Source: an uncultured Spirochaetales bacterium
Lineage (GTDB): Bacteria; Spirochaetota; Spirochaetia; SZUA-6; CAZLRN01
Assembly: GCA_964561715.1 (NCBI GenBank)
Contig: CAZLRN010000001.1
Span: 1-41,577 of the forward strand
Length of the DNA: 41,577 nt
Direction: 5' to 3'
Shown: in pieces, positions 1-8,570 of the stretch
How positions within the stretch are numbered: the stretch's first letter is position 1
How the letters are laid out: each line of letters opens with the position of its first letter
Program-made: the position numbers and the translations under genes
Notes under the pieces: generated by a model
Told to the model about the DNA's origin: nothing
Seen by the model: only the letters and a program-made list of their open reading frames with translations
Database searches by the model: none

Positions 1-403
1 AAATCTCACGATCTATCTCCAGGTCTATGCTCAGAGACGAATCGCTCACCCTAATTTCGGTCAGGGCTGTTAGAGGGTCCTTGAAAAAAATGAGCTTGAA
101 TATATTGTAGTGAATAGTGATTCGCTTGAGCCTCAAGATAGAGGTTTCAGGATTGTGGAAAGGGCTAATTCTGAAGTTCCTCACCTCGAGGAACATGAAA
201 ATCGAAGGAGATATGGAATCATAGTATATTCTGCCGTGAACCTGGCGCTCCAGATGCGCCAGGCTTTCGATCTTGAAGGATTCCATCCGTGCCGAAAGCA
301 CATCGTTGACAAAGCGGAAAAGGAAGGCTGTGGAGACAACTAGCAATATAAAAAGCAGAATTTCGAGAGCTCGCAAATAACCAGGATTTTTGGGTGTTTT
401 CAA
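1..403 (-). CDS. Partial CDS with its 5' end in the window, running off the left edge. N-terminally membrane-anchored protein, tentatively AsmA/TamB-like.
   Basis: This ORF is not in the supplied track. My manual reverse-strand translation is open from 403 to 1. It reads (TTG 403) MKTPKNPGYLRALEILLFILLVVSTAFLFRFVNDVLSARMESFKIESLAHLERQVHGRIYYDSISPSIFMFLEVRNFRISPF...TEIRVSDSSLSIDLEIDREI. An in-frame TGA lies just upstream at 415-413. The protein has a basic N-terminus and one hydrophobic helix, followed by a beta-rich sequence. The family guess is weak. Confidence 0.5.
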   Translation of the reverse strand, partial: MKTPKNPGYLRALEILLFILLVVSTAFLFRFVNDVLSARMESFKIESLAHLERQVHGRIYYDSISPSIFMFLEVRNFRISPFHNPETSILRLKRITIHYNIFKLIFFKDPLTALTEIRVSDSSLSIDLEIDREI

Positions 404-601
404 AAACTGCTCTCAGCCCCGAGAGTTAGAGAAAGCGAATTGCAGAGAAATCACATCTGTACTTTATAACTATACTACTTAAAGGGGATTTCGTAAAGAA
501 TGCTTGGAACAGGTGGAGGAACTAGATTATATTGCATATCGTTGGCTGCACCCACAACCCAAACAATTTGACCCATTTTAACCATGCACGCCAACTACTT
601 G

Positions 602-647
602 CTCTGCAAGCTGCTTGCAGAAGCAAGCTGCTTGCAGAGCAAGCTTG
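602..647. promoter_or_regulatory. Tandem palindromic repeat forming a long stem-loop in the divergent intergenic region upstream of the tmk-like gene
   Basis: The unit gcaagctgcttgcag occurs at 606-620 and 623-637, with a partial third copy gcaagcttg at 639-647. ctctgcaagc (602-611) pairs with gcttgcagag (630-639). gcttgc (613-618) pairs with gcaagc (623-628) around the loop agaa. No T-run follows, so it is not a canonical terminator. Confidence 0.6.
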
Positions 648-732
648 TAGCAATTCCGACTCAGATCGGTTTCGGAAAATCTTGCTGGAATAACAAGAAA
701 TTGAGCCGGAATTGCACAGGGGAGAGGAACAA

Positions 733-1383
733 GTGGACAGGTCTAAAGAGCGTATTGAAAGCGCGGAGGTGCTCAAGAACTTTATCGTTCTCGAGGGCCT
801 TGATGGAGCCGGAACAACTACCCAGCTTTCTCTCATAGACCGGCGTCTCGGGGATGTCGGTGTACCTCACTACTGCACCTTTGAGCCGACTGATGGGGCA
901 ATTGGGCGGCTCATTCGAGATATTCTGGCAAAAACCCTACCGGTTCAACCACAGACCTTGGCGCTTCTCTTTGCAGCCGACCGAATGGAGCACGTCGAAA
1001 GCAACGGCATCAGATCCCATCTCGATGGCGGAGAGCTTGTCGTTTGTGACCGTTACCTATTCTCTTCGTTTGCCTATCAGAGCATCCATTGCGGATTTGA
1101 TTACGTAGCATCCATTAACGAGGACTTTCCTCTCCCGGAATTGCTGGTCTTTCTTGAAACCCCCCCCGAGGTTTGTCAACAGCGGCGTCAGGATCGAGGT
1201 CGGCCGGACCTGTTTGATGGGATGGCTATGCAGAAGGAAGTCCGGCAACGGTACGAGCTGGCGATAGACTCTTTTCGGCATACCTCTATGAATGTACGAT
1301 GGATTGATGGCACGCCTCGAGCTGAAGAGATAGGCGAGAATATCTGGAACATCATGCTGGAGATGTCGATAATTAAGTCGTGA
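733..1383 (+). CDS. tmk: Thymidylate (dTMP) kinase-like protein
   Basis: Motifs FIVLEGLDGAGTTTQ, FEPTDGAIGRLIRDIL, LLFAADRMEH and VVCDRYLFSSFAYQ match the Tmk layout. The ORF track starts at TTG 712. An in-frame GTG at 733 is preceded by ggagagg with 5-nt spacing, and GTG 769 is also possible. The P-loop lacks the usual Lys (see findings). Confidence 0.8.
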   Translation: MDRSKERIESAEVLKNFIVLEGLDGAGTTTQLSLIDRRLGDVGVPHYCTFEPTDGAIGRLIRDILAKTLPVQPQTLALLFAADRMEHVESNGIRSHLDGGELVVCDRYLFSSFAYQSIHCGFDYVASINEDFPLPELLVFLETPPEVCQQRRQDRGRPDLFDGMAMQKEVRQRYELAIDSFRHTSMNVRWIDGTPRAEEIGENIWNIMLEMSIIKS

Positions 1384-1976
1384 AGCGGATTGTTAGTACT
1401 CTGACACTCCTCATAGTTGCCTTGACTCCGCTCTTTGGCTACAAGGTAAGCTACGCGGAACAATTTTATCGGCTCTATCATCTTCACCTCTATCAGAACT
1501 CAGACAATTCTATGGAGAATATCTACTGGTTGGAGCAGGCTCTAAAAGCAGATTTTTGCAATCCCCTCTACGCCCTCGCCAAGATCGAAAGCAAAGAGGA
1601 GTGGAGGCACTACCGCTATCTCTTTAAAATGCATGTCAATCTGAAACTCGTCGAGCTGTATCGGACCCTGGCAAGTCGATACAACAAGAGGGTCGCTTAC
1701 TTCCACAATGCGCCGTGGAAGCGTCAAAACCTCGAAAGCCTCGAAACCGCAGAGAAGATGTTTCGCCTATCCCTCTTCTATTGGCGCCAAGCTCTCTCCT
1801 GGGCGCGTAAACTCGGTTACTCGCCGTATTACCTGGAAGAGATCCAGATCTGGGAGGACGAGAGCGCCCGTATCCGCTCCGGCGAGCTCGACTACGGTGA
1901 TATCATAGCGGAGGATTTAGAGCGCCTGCATAGAGTCCGCGCGCAATTCGACAGCATGGACGCCTCTACCTACTAG
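1380..1976 (+). CDS. Secreted hypothetical protein with a signal peptide
   Basis: The GTG start overlaps the tmk stop (GTGA). The N-terminus MKRIVSTLTLLIVALTPLFG is signal-like. The gene is co-directional with tmk and has no recognisable family. Confidence 0.65.
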   Translation: MKRIVSTLTLLIVALTPLFGYKVSYAEQFYRLYHLHLYQNSDNSMENIYWLEQALKADFCNPLYALAKIESKEEWRHYRYLFKMHVNLKLVELYRTLASRYNKRVAYFHNAPWKRQNLESLETAEKMFRLSLFYWRQALSWARKLGYSPYYLEEIQIWEDESARIRSGELDYGDIIAEDLERLHRVRAQFDSMDASTY

Positions 1977-1996
1977 CTCCTTTTGCTTTCCCTTGA

Positions 1997-2080
1997 CTGC
2001 AGTTTCGAAGCCTCGCTTCGGGTGGGCGGGCTCAGCCGCCCACGCTGAGCCCGGACCGCCGAAGCGGCGGTCTTTTACTA
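1997..2080. repeat. Copy 1 of a GC-rich palindromic dispersed repeat (REP/MITE-like). Probably also the terminator hairpin for the gene ending at 1976.
   Basis: It starts ctgcagtttcgaagcc (1997-2012) and ends gctgagcccggaccg...gtcttttacta (to 2080). Nested inverted repeats are gggctcagc 2028-2036 with gctgagccc 2044-2052, and cgcttcgg 2014-2021 with ccgaagcg 2059-2066, followed by tctttt. It shares both ends and the core with 12033-12179. Confidence 0.8.
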
Positions 2081-3097
2081 CATGATGTACATCGCATCAC
2101 CGTAAGAGAAGAACCTGTACCTTTTTTCGATGGCTTCCCTATATGCTATTCTGATGAGGTGCTTCCCGGCAAAGGCCGAGACAAGCAGAAGCAGCGTGGA
2201 GCGTGGAGTATGAAAATTCGTGAATAATCTGTTTACGACTTTGAAGCGGTATCCCGGATATATAAAGAGAGACGTCCTCGACAGTCCCGATTTGATTTTC
2301 CCATTGACACACGATGCTTCCAGAGCACGCACCACGGTTGTGCCGACAGAAACAATGTCCCGCTGTTCGCTCATGGCCTGCTGAATCTGTTCGGCGGATT
2401 GGGTGGAGATTCGAAAGGTCTCTTCGTGCATTTGGTGGGCTTCCACATTTGCCGTTCGGATCGGCAGAAAAGTTCCCGCACCGACATGCAGCGTGATATA
2501 AGTCGTGAGGGCACCGGCTGCCTTGATGGCTTCAATCAGAGACTTCGTAAAATGCAAACCTGCAGTCGGAGCAGCCTTGGAACCGATCTGCCTTGCATAA
2601 ACGGTTTGATAGCGTTTCTCATCGAGGCGACGAGGGAGGCGCTTGATGTAGGGGGGCAGTGGGACTACCCCGTATCGGTCCAGATAGGCTTCCTCGACTG
2701 GATGATCGAATTGCACAAGCTTGAACTCACCCTCCTGGCCTCGAATGACCCCCGCCACGCCGCCGGGAAATTGGTATCTTTTGCCCTCTCTCTGGCGTTT
2801 ACCTTTGCTCGCCATGGCGAGCCATTGATCCGGTCTGCGCTGATCGAGAAGAAGGAACTCCACTCTCGCACCTGTCCCATCGGAGTGAGCGAAGAGTCGA
2901 GCCTTGAGAACCTTGGTATCGTTGAATACGACGAGAGAGCCTTTCCTGAGCCGATGGGGGAACGAATCAACAGAGCTGTGTTCCATTTGGCCGGTCGCCC
3001 TGTCGATGATCAACAGGCGCGACGTCCCTCGCCTTGCCGCAGGCTCCTGCGCGATGAGCACTTCTGGAATATCAAAAGAGAAATCGCTGATTTTCAT
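2078..3097 (-). CDS. queA: S-adenosylmethionine:tRNA ribosyltransferase-isomerase
   Basis: The N-terminus MKISDFSFDIPEVLIAQEP, the motifs PLPPYI and HVGAGTF, and the C-terminal SYGDAMYI are typical of QueA. The ORF track begins at 3106, and the Met at 3097 fits the family N-terminus. Confidence 0.93.
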   Translation of the reverse strand: MKISDFSFDIPEVLIAQEPAARRGTSRLLIIDRATGQMEHSSVDSFPHRLRKGSLVVFNDTKVLKARLFAHSDGTGARVEFLLLDQRRPDQWLAMASKGKRQREGKRYQFPGGVAGVIRGQEGEFKLVQFDHPVEEAYLDRYGVVPLPPYIKRLPRRLDEKRYQTVYARQIGSKAAPTAGLHFTKSLIEAIKAAGALTTYITLHVGAGTFLPIRTANVEAHQMHEETFRISTQSAEQIQQAMSEQRDIVSVGTTVVRALEASCVNGKIKSGLSRTSLFIYPGYRFKVVNRLFTNFHTPRSTLLLLVSAFAGKHLIRIAYREAIEKRYRFFSYGDAMYIM

Positions 3098-4097
3098 CCT
3101 TTTCAAACGGGATTCTGAGATGCTCGAAGGCCTTTTCCGTGACGACTCTTCCCCTAGGCGTCCTTTTGAGAAATCCGCTCTGAATCAAATAGGGTTCGTG
3201 AATGTCCTCCAGCGTATCCACGGATTCACCCACCGATATAGCTAGGGTTTCCGAGCCGACTGGGCCGCCTCTGTACTTTTTAATAATGGTACGAAGCAGC
3301 TCTCGATCCAGCTTGTCGAGACCAGCCCCATCGATCTCCAGTGACCCCAGGCCTTTTATAACTATATCGGGCTTGATCGTGGCGTCGCCCCAGACCTGAG
3401 CAAAATCTCGCATTCGTCTCAGTAATCGATTTGCCACTCTTGGCGTTCCGCGTGACGAACTCGAGAGAATATCAATCGCCTCATCCTCTATGTCGACCCG
3501 CAAGATACGGGCGGAGCGACGCAGGATATTGCGTATATCTTCCTCCGTATAGAAATCCAGCCTCCATGTAATGCCGAAGCGAGAGTAGAGGGGACTGGAT
3601 ACGAGCCCCGCCTTTGTTGTCGCCCCAACGAGGGTAAAGGGGGGCAGCGGAATTTTTATCGAACGGGCTCCGGGTCCCTGCCCGATCACAACATCGATCT
3701 GGTAATCCTCCATCGCGGCATAGAGGATCTCCTCCACAGCCGGGCGGAGACGATGAATCTCATCGATGAAAAACACCTCTTTCTCTTCGATGGATGTAAG
3801 AATCGCGGCAAGATCGCCCTGCCTCTCCAAGGCCGGCGCGGAGGTGGCTCTGAAGGTGGTGTTCAGCTCGTTTGAAATGATATAAGCGAGAGTTGTCTTG
3901 CCCAGCCCTGGAGGTCCGGAGAGAAAAACGTGATCGAGGCTTTCCTGCCTCTGCCTGCAGGCTTCAATAAAGATGGAAAGGTTCGCTTTTAGTGAGGATT
4001 GGCCGACGAAATCTTTGAGCCATTTAGGTCTCAGCGCGACCTCGTCGTTGTCCTGATCCTCGATAAACTCACTGCTGATCGTCTCGTCTCGATTCAT
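3072..4097 (-). CDS. ruvB: Holliday junction branch migration helicase RuvB
   Basis: Contains LRPKWLKDFVGQ, Walker A GPPGLGKTT, Walker B FIDEIHRL, and RGTPRVANRLLRR. Confidence 0.96.
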   Translation of the reverse strand: MNRDETISSEFIEDQDNDEVALRPKWLKDFVGQSSLKANLSIFIEACRQRQESLDHVFLSGPPGLGKTTLAYIISNELNTTFRATSAPALERQGDLAAILTSIEEKEVFFIDEIHRLRPAVEEILYAAMEDYQIDVVIGQGPGARSIKIPLPPFTLVGATTKAGLVSSPLYSRFGITWRLDFYTEEDIRNILRRSARILRVDIEDEAIDILSSSSRGTPRVANRLLRRMRDFAQVWGDATIKPDIVIKGLGSLEIDGAGLDKLDRELLRTIIKKYRGGPVGSETLAISVGESVDTLEDIHEPYLIQSGFLKRTPRGRVVTEKAFEHLRIPFEKDENQRFLF

Positions 4098-4689
4098 ACG
4101 CTACACCTGCCCGGCTGGCCAATTTTATCGATCTCCTCAACAACTCCGGCTCCAAATCCTCCTGTTTCAGCCCGTCAGGATCGAGGCTTTCAAGCGCTTT
4201 GGCAACAGCCTGACGCGCGTCCTTCTTGTCAAAGCCCATTCCCACCAGAGCGTTGACGATATCAGAATACTCGTCCTTGGATTCGGTGAGAACAAGTTTT
4301 CCCTTTAAGCTAAGGATAATTTTCTGAGCGGTTTTTCGACCCAACCCCGGTACGGCCATCAGCCTGTCTACATCGCCGTCCTCGATAGCGCTGACGAAGC
4401 TGTCCGTCGCCGTGCCGGAAAGTACTTTGAGGGCGAGCCGAGGTCCGACGCTGTCCACTTTTATAAGGTTGAGAAAGAGATCCCGTTCCTTGACTGTGGA
4501 AAAGCCGAATATTTTCATTTGGTCGTCTCGGTGATGAAGAAAGGTGTACATCTTGGCGGATGCACCTATCTCAGGAATCTGGGAGATGCTCTGGGCAGTC
4601 GTTGATATCTCCCATTCGATGCCGCCGGTCAGCAGACCGAGCGTTTCATCGGTCTTGAATGTAACTTTGCCTGTTATGCTGTTAAACAT
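4069..4689 (-). CDS. ruvA: Holliday junction DNA-binding protein RuvA
   Basis: Contains MFNSITGKV, LFLNLIKVDSVGPRLALKVLSG and VPGLGRKTAQKIILSLKGK (HhH motifs). It overlaps ruvB and ruvC in operon order. Confidence 0.93.
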   Translation of the reverse strand: MFNSITGKVTFKTDETLGLLTGGIEWEISTTAQSISQIPEIGASAKMYTFLHHRDDQMKIFGFSTVKERDLFLNLIKVDSVGPRLALKVLSGTATDSFVSAIEDGDVDRLMAVPGLGRKTAQKIILSLKGKLVLTESKDEYSDIVNALVGMGFDKKDARQAVAKALESLDPDGLKQEDLEPELLRRSIKLASRAGVAYESRRDDQQ

Positions 4690-5188
4690 TTTTACTGATC
4701 TCGCTGGCTATCCTCTTCTGCTCTCGATTGCAGTGGCAGAAAGCTACGGCAAGAGCATCGGCAGCATGATCGGGATGGGGGATCTCCTCGAGGCGGAACA
4801 GGAGCTGAACCATCCGCTGCACCTGCGATTTTCCAGCCCTCCCTCTGCTCAGAACGGATTTCTTGATCTCCAGAGGGGTGTATTCTCGATACCGTATGCC
4901 TCGTTTCGCCAGACACATAAGAATCACTCCTCGCGCTTCGGCAACGGGCATCGCTGTCTTGACGTTCTTGGCAAAAAAAAGGCTCTCTAGGGCCGCCTCT
5001 TGGGGATTGAATTCTTCCAGTATGGCATCCAAGGACAGAAAGAGGTGAACGAGGCGTTCTCCTCTCGACTGGTGTCGATCGGTTTGAATCACTCCGTGCG
5101 TGACATGGCTGTAGGAAACCCTGTCAGCTTTGATCACGCCATAGCCGGTCGATGTCAACCCGGGGTCAATTCCTATTAGGCTTCGCAT
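4682..5188 (-). CDS. ruvC: Crossover junction endodeoxyribonuclease RuvC
   Basis: Contains IGIDPGLTSTGYGVI and a C-terminal DAADALAVAFCH motif. Confidence 0.94.
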   Translation of the reverse strand: MRSLIGIDPGLTSTGYGVIKADRVSYSHVTHGVIQTDRHQSRGERLVHLFLSLDAILEEFNPQEAALESLFFAKNVKTAMPVAEARGVILMCLAKRGIRYREYTPLEIKKSVLSRGRAGKSQVQRMVQLLFRLEEIPHPDHAADALAVAFCHCNREQKRIASEISKNV

Positions 5189-5251
5189 ACACTAATGCTT
5201 TTTATTGCGTCTCGCCTTCTGAGGCGATGGGCGTGGCATGAAGGAGCGAGA

Positions 5252-5995
5252 TCAGGCCTTGTCAACGAGATCCTGAGGAATATCAAGGTTCGATGAAACG
5301 CTTTGTACGTCGTCGTTATCTTCGAGATTTTCGATGAGGTTGAGAACCTTCTTCGCCTTCTCGATATCCAGCGTTACGGAATTATCGGCTAACATTGCAA
5401 TCTCTGAGTATGTGTTTTCGAACCCATCATCCTCGAGGGCATTCAAAACCTTTTCGAAATCCTCTGGCTGGGTGATAACCTCGAGTGTTCCATTTTCGGC
5501 TACCAGATCTTCTGCGCCGCATTCCAGGGCAACGACCATGATTTCGTCTTCGCTGTACTTGGAAGCGTCAAAGGTGATAACGCCTTTACGCTTGAAGAGG
5601 TAGGAGACACAGCCCAATTCTCCCAGGTTGCCTCCACCTTTGGAGAGGATATTTCGAATTTCAGCAGCGGTTCGATTTCTATTGTCTGTTAAGACATCAA
5701 TGAGCAGCGCTACCCCTCCGGGAGCGTAGGCTTCGTACAAGATCTCGTGATATTCGACATCGCCTGCTTCACCCGTGCCTTTCTTGATGGCACGCTCGAT
5801 ATTATCCTTGGGCATATTGGCGCTTTTAGCCTTGAGAAGCGCTGTTCGCAGTCTTGCATTGCTTTCCGGATCGCCCCCGCCTTGCCTGGCTGAAACCATA
5901 ATCTCTTTGATGATTTTGGTGAACAGCTTCCCTCGCTTGGCATCATTGGCACTCTTTTTATGTTTGATCGAAGCCCATTTACTATGGCCGGACAT
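5252..5995 (-). CDS. yebC: YebC/PmpR family DNA-binding transcriptional regulator
   Basis: MSGHSKWASIKHKKSANDAKRGKLFTKIIKEI is the family N-terminus. The ORF track extends to 6040, but the Met at 5995 matches the family start. Confidence 0.92.
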   Translation of the reverse strand: MSGHSKWASIKHKKSANDAKRGKLFTKIIKEIMVSARQGGGDPESNARLRTALLKAKSANMPKDNIERAIKKGTGEAGDVEYHEILYEAYAPGGVALLIDVLTDNRNRTAAEIRNILSKGGGNLGELGCVSYLFKRKGVITFDASKYSEDEIMVVALECGAEDLVAENGTLEVITQPEDFEKVLNALEDDGFENTYSEIAMLADNSVTLDIEKAKKVLNLIENLEDNDDVQSVSSNLDIPQDLVDKA

Positions 5996-6117
5996 AAAAG
6001 CTCCTTGATCCAGCGCGTTGGCTACTGGAAAAAGATACACAGCGTTATCGTTAACTTTATCATGGCCAGAAATCCTCTGTCAATACGACCTTCATTCAGG
6101 TACGATACGAATAGAGG

Positions 6118-6146
6118 TTGATCAGAAAACTCGTAGCCTATATGAT
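6118..6146 (+). promoter_or_regulatory. Candidate sigma70-type promoter for the 6163 gene
   Basis: TTGATC (6118-6123), a 17-nt spacer, then TATGAT (6141-6146). This would give a very short leader carrying aggagg ahead of ATG 6163. Confidence 0.4.
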
Positions 6147-6162
6147 TATACAGGAGGGTGAC

Positions 6163-6477
6163 ATGGACTTTATAGAGAGAATGAAGACCGTTATTTCCCA
6201 AGGATTCGATACGACAAAGGAAGCCCTTGGTCAGGCTGCCGATAAAGCCAAAGAGCTTGGCGAAAAGGGGATTCTACGATTCGAGATCGGGCAATTGGAG
6301 AGAGAGGCGGGAAAGAAGTTTTCGGCCCTCGGAAGCACAGTCTATCGGGCGCTCGTTGACGAAGGCAAGAATACGGTATCTAAGGGAACAGCTGATGTGA
6401 AAGCGCTCCTAATGGAGATCGAAGATCTGAAAAAAAGAATTGAAGCTAAGGAAAAGGACCTGAAAAAACTGGAATAA
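6163..6477 (+). CDS. Small coiled-coil hypothetical protein
   Basis: ATG 6163 is preceded by caggaggg. The sequence MDFIERMKTVISQGFDTTKEALGQAADKAKELGEKG...EDLKKRIEAKEKDLKKLE is charged and helical. Confidence 0.7.
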   Translation: MDFIERMKTVISQGFDTTKEALGQAADKAKELGEKGILRFEIGQLEREAGKKFSALGSTVYRALVDEGKNTVSKGTADVKALLMEIEDLKKRIEAKEKDLKKLE

Positions 6478-6485
6478 GGATAGGA

Positions 6486-8552
6486 TTAAAACTCCAGGGG
6501 GGCGTAAAAGCCGCTTTTATCATATCCGCTTTTTGATTTTAGAGACACTTCGGCTTCGATGCTGATATATCTTCTGCCAAAATCTGCATACGAGGGCGAG
6601 AGGTATCTCAGCACGTAAACCGGTGTAACGTGGCTGGCGAGGCCTGCCTCGAGGGCTGAGATTCCCCGGGGATTGTAGAAGGGCAGATCCTGGCCGCCCG
6701 TCAACTGGCAGAGATATCGTATGTCAGGATCAGGCTGGACACTGCTGAGATACATCGCATTGAACGTGATGCCGTTGTTTCTGAGAAACTGAGCCAATTC
6801 CATGAGAGAATAGGTGCCGTAGGGATTATAGCCCAATTTTCCCTGGGAAAGAAAGACGATCGCCTTTTTGCCGCGCGCTGGAAATAGCTCTGAGGCAGCA
6901 AGTCTGACGCTCTGATCAAACACCCAGTCAGCGGAGTAGGTTCCTTCTTTTACGGCTCTGACCATCCTGAGACGCGTATCACCGAAATCCGATTCCACCG
7001 TTGGAGTTCTCGATGCAGCTACAATTTTCAGCTGAGCCTTATTGCTGAAAACATCATGAATGCTTTCCGCCGCCTCTTCGAGAGCCTGCCCCTGTTGCTT
7101 TGCTGCCGGAGATCTTTCGACTAAAACAGCTACGCTCATTCTCGACGGATGGTTGTTGGACAGAAGCATTTCCGAATCCTTGACTGATTGGCCGAACTCG
7201 CTGATTCTGAAATTCTCCGTTTTCAAACCCACCAGAGGAGCACCGTCCCTGTCCGTCACGGAGATATCAACGGTGACTTCGGGAAACTTCTGCGCATCCA
7301 CACGTTCGATCTTTACAAAATATCCCGTATACAGAGAAGGAGCAGGGGTTAGGTAGAAAATACGATTCAGATCGAAGTCCACTGCAACCATATCGCGATT
7401 GGCGTCGACTGCAATGCCGACAATGCGTCTGGAAGAATCGCCGATTTCACCTCGCAACTTTGAAGAATCGTTTTCAATATCAATTTCCAGCAGACGAGTT
7501 GTATCAGCGACCAGGAGATGATTTGAATCGGCAAAATCAATGGCTTCGGGTGCTTCCAGCAGTCCCTCGCCGATCGTTGCCAGATAGTTGCCGCTCGAAT
7601 CAAAAACAAATATCATCTTTCGCTGTCGATCAGCCACAAAAACTCGGTCCGATGTAGCGGCTACGCCGGTTGGCGCCAGGAATCCGGTAAACGGACCGCT
7701 ACGTCGTCCGAACGATAAAATGAAGTTGCCATCGTAATCGTATTTGTTGACCCTTCTGTTGCCATAGTCGGATACGTAAATGTAACCCTTCGCATCATCG
7801 CTAAGATACTGCGGTCCCAGAAGGTCGCCCGGAGCTGTGCCTTTTTTGCCAAAGGATAGAATTTTGTTGCCGTTGCGATCGCATTTCAAGACTCGGTTTG
7901 CGGAAAACTCAGTAATAAAGAGGTATTGGTTTCCTACTTCTCTTATGTCATAGGGATTGTCGTAGCCTTCGATGCCGCCGTTGAGCACTTCACTGACGCG
8001 GGTATTGGGATCGATCTGCAGAATTTCGTTGCTGCCAAAGGCAACGACATAGATCGAACCATCAGAGCTCGCTCTAACCGAAGTTGGACGCTTGAAGGGA
8101 TAGAAGGCCCTGCTATTGCCATCGATCTCGAAGGAAATGACCAAACGGCTCTCCTTCTCTTCGGTAAGCTCTGGGCCCAACGATCTTTGAAACGAGACGA
8201 ACTTGACCCAATTGTTGATCACGGCATCTGATTTGCCGTTCTCTATGAGGTAGTTCCATTCGTGGAGGGCCTGCTTCTCCAAACCAGATTTGTAGAAGGC
8301 TCTGCCTAGCCATGATCTGGTCACCGCATCATCGGGTTTAAAACTAAGAGCCTTTTCAAAGGATTGGATAGCTTTGTTGAAATAGCTGCTGTGAAAGGCA
8401 TCCACCCCCCAACGGAAGAACTCCTCTGATTTTACGGCGTCCATATCGATGTTTTGGGAGTAGAGAGGAAGGGCAAAAAGGAGACTGGCTATAAGCAGGA
8501 GAAGACTTTGAACATTCGTCTCTCGTCTCTGTGAGTGATTAGAAAATCTCAC
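6486..8552 (-). CDS. Secreted multidomain protein with an N-terminal TPR region, NHL-type beta-propeller repeats and a possible degenerate vWA-like C-terminal domain
   Basis: The signal-like N-terminus is SLLLLIASLLFALPLYSQ. The TPR segment is FNKAIQSFEKALSFKPDD. Repeated NHL-like blocks include IYVVAFGSNEILQID, YLFITEFSANRVLKCDRNGN, YIYVSDYGNRRVNKYDYDGN and VFVADRQRKMIFVFDSSGN. The C-terminal part resembles a vWA fold but has no DxSxS motif. Confidence 0.75.
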   Translation of the reverse strand: MRFSNHSQRRETNVQSLLLLIASLLFALPLYSQNIDMDAVKSEEFFRWGVDAFHSSYFNKAIQSFEKALSFKPDDAVTRSWLGRAFYKSGLEKQALHEWNYLIENGKSDAVINNWVKFVSFQRSLGPELTEEKESRLVISFEIDGNSRAFYPFKRPTSVRASSDGSIYVVAFGSNEILQIDPNTRVSEVLNGGIEGYDNPYDIREVGNQYLFITEFSANRVLKCDRNGNKILSFGKKGTAPGDLLGPQYLSDDAKGYIYVSDYGNRRVNKYDYDGNFILSFGRRSGPFTGFLAPTGVAATSDRVFVADRQRKMIFVFDSSGNYLATIGEGLLEAPEAIDFADSNHLLVADTTRLLEIDIENDSSKLRGEIGDSSRRIVGIAVDANRDMVAVDFDLNRIFYLTPAPSLYTGYFVKIERVDAQKFPEVTVDISVTDRDGAPLVGLKTENFRISEFGQSVKDSEMLLSNNHPSRMSVAVLVERSPAAKQQGQALEEAAESIHDVFSNKAQLKIVAASRTPTVESDFGDTRLRMVRAVKEGTYSADWVFDQSVRLAASELFPARGKKAIVFLSQGKLGYNPYGTYSLMELAQFLRNNGITFNAMYLSSVQPDPDIRYLCQLTGGQDLPFYNPRGISALEAGLASHVTPVYVLRYLSPSYADFGRRYISIEAEVSLKSKSGYDKSGFYAPLEF

Positions 8553-8570
8553 GGAAGGATTATACAGAAG

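Noticed and set aside
110-343. A 77-aa plus-strand ORF at the left end
   Set aside because: The opposite strand carries a longer open frame with a convincing N-terminal membrane anchor. This ORF is probably its shadow.
522-870. Three overlapping short ORFs (584-838 plus strand, 522-836 and 661-870 minus strand) in the region upstream of tmk
   Set aside because: They span the palindromic repeat and the tmk 5' end. Their translations are low-complexity, and they compete with the tmk frame.
1160-1167. A C8 homopolymer inside the tmk-like coding region, considered as a possible phase-variation tract
   Set aside because: It simply encodes T-P-P (acc ccc ccc) in a housekeeping gene. Nothing suggests frame switching, and no alternative frame continues.
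2399-3118. A 239-aa ORF antisense to queA
   Set aside because: It lies entirely within the confidently identified queA gene. It has no motifs or ribosome-binding site, so it is a shadow ORF.
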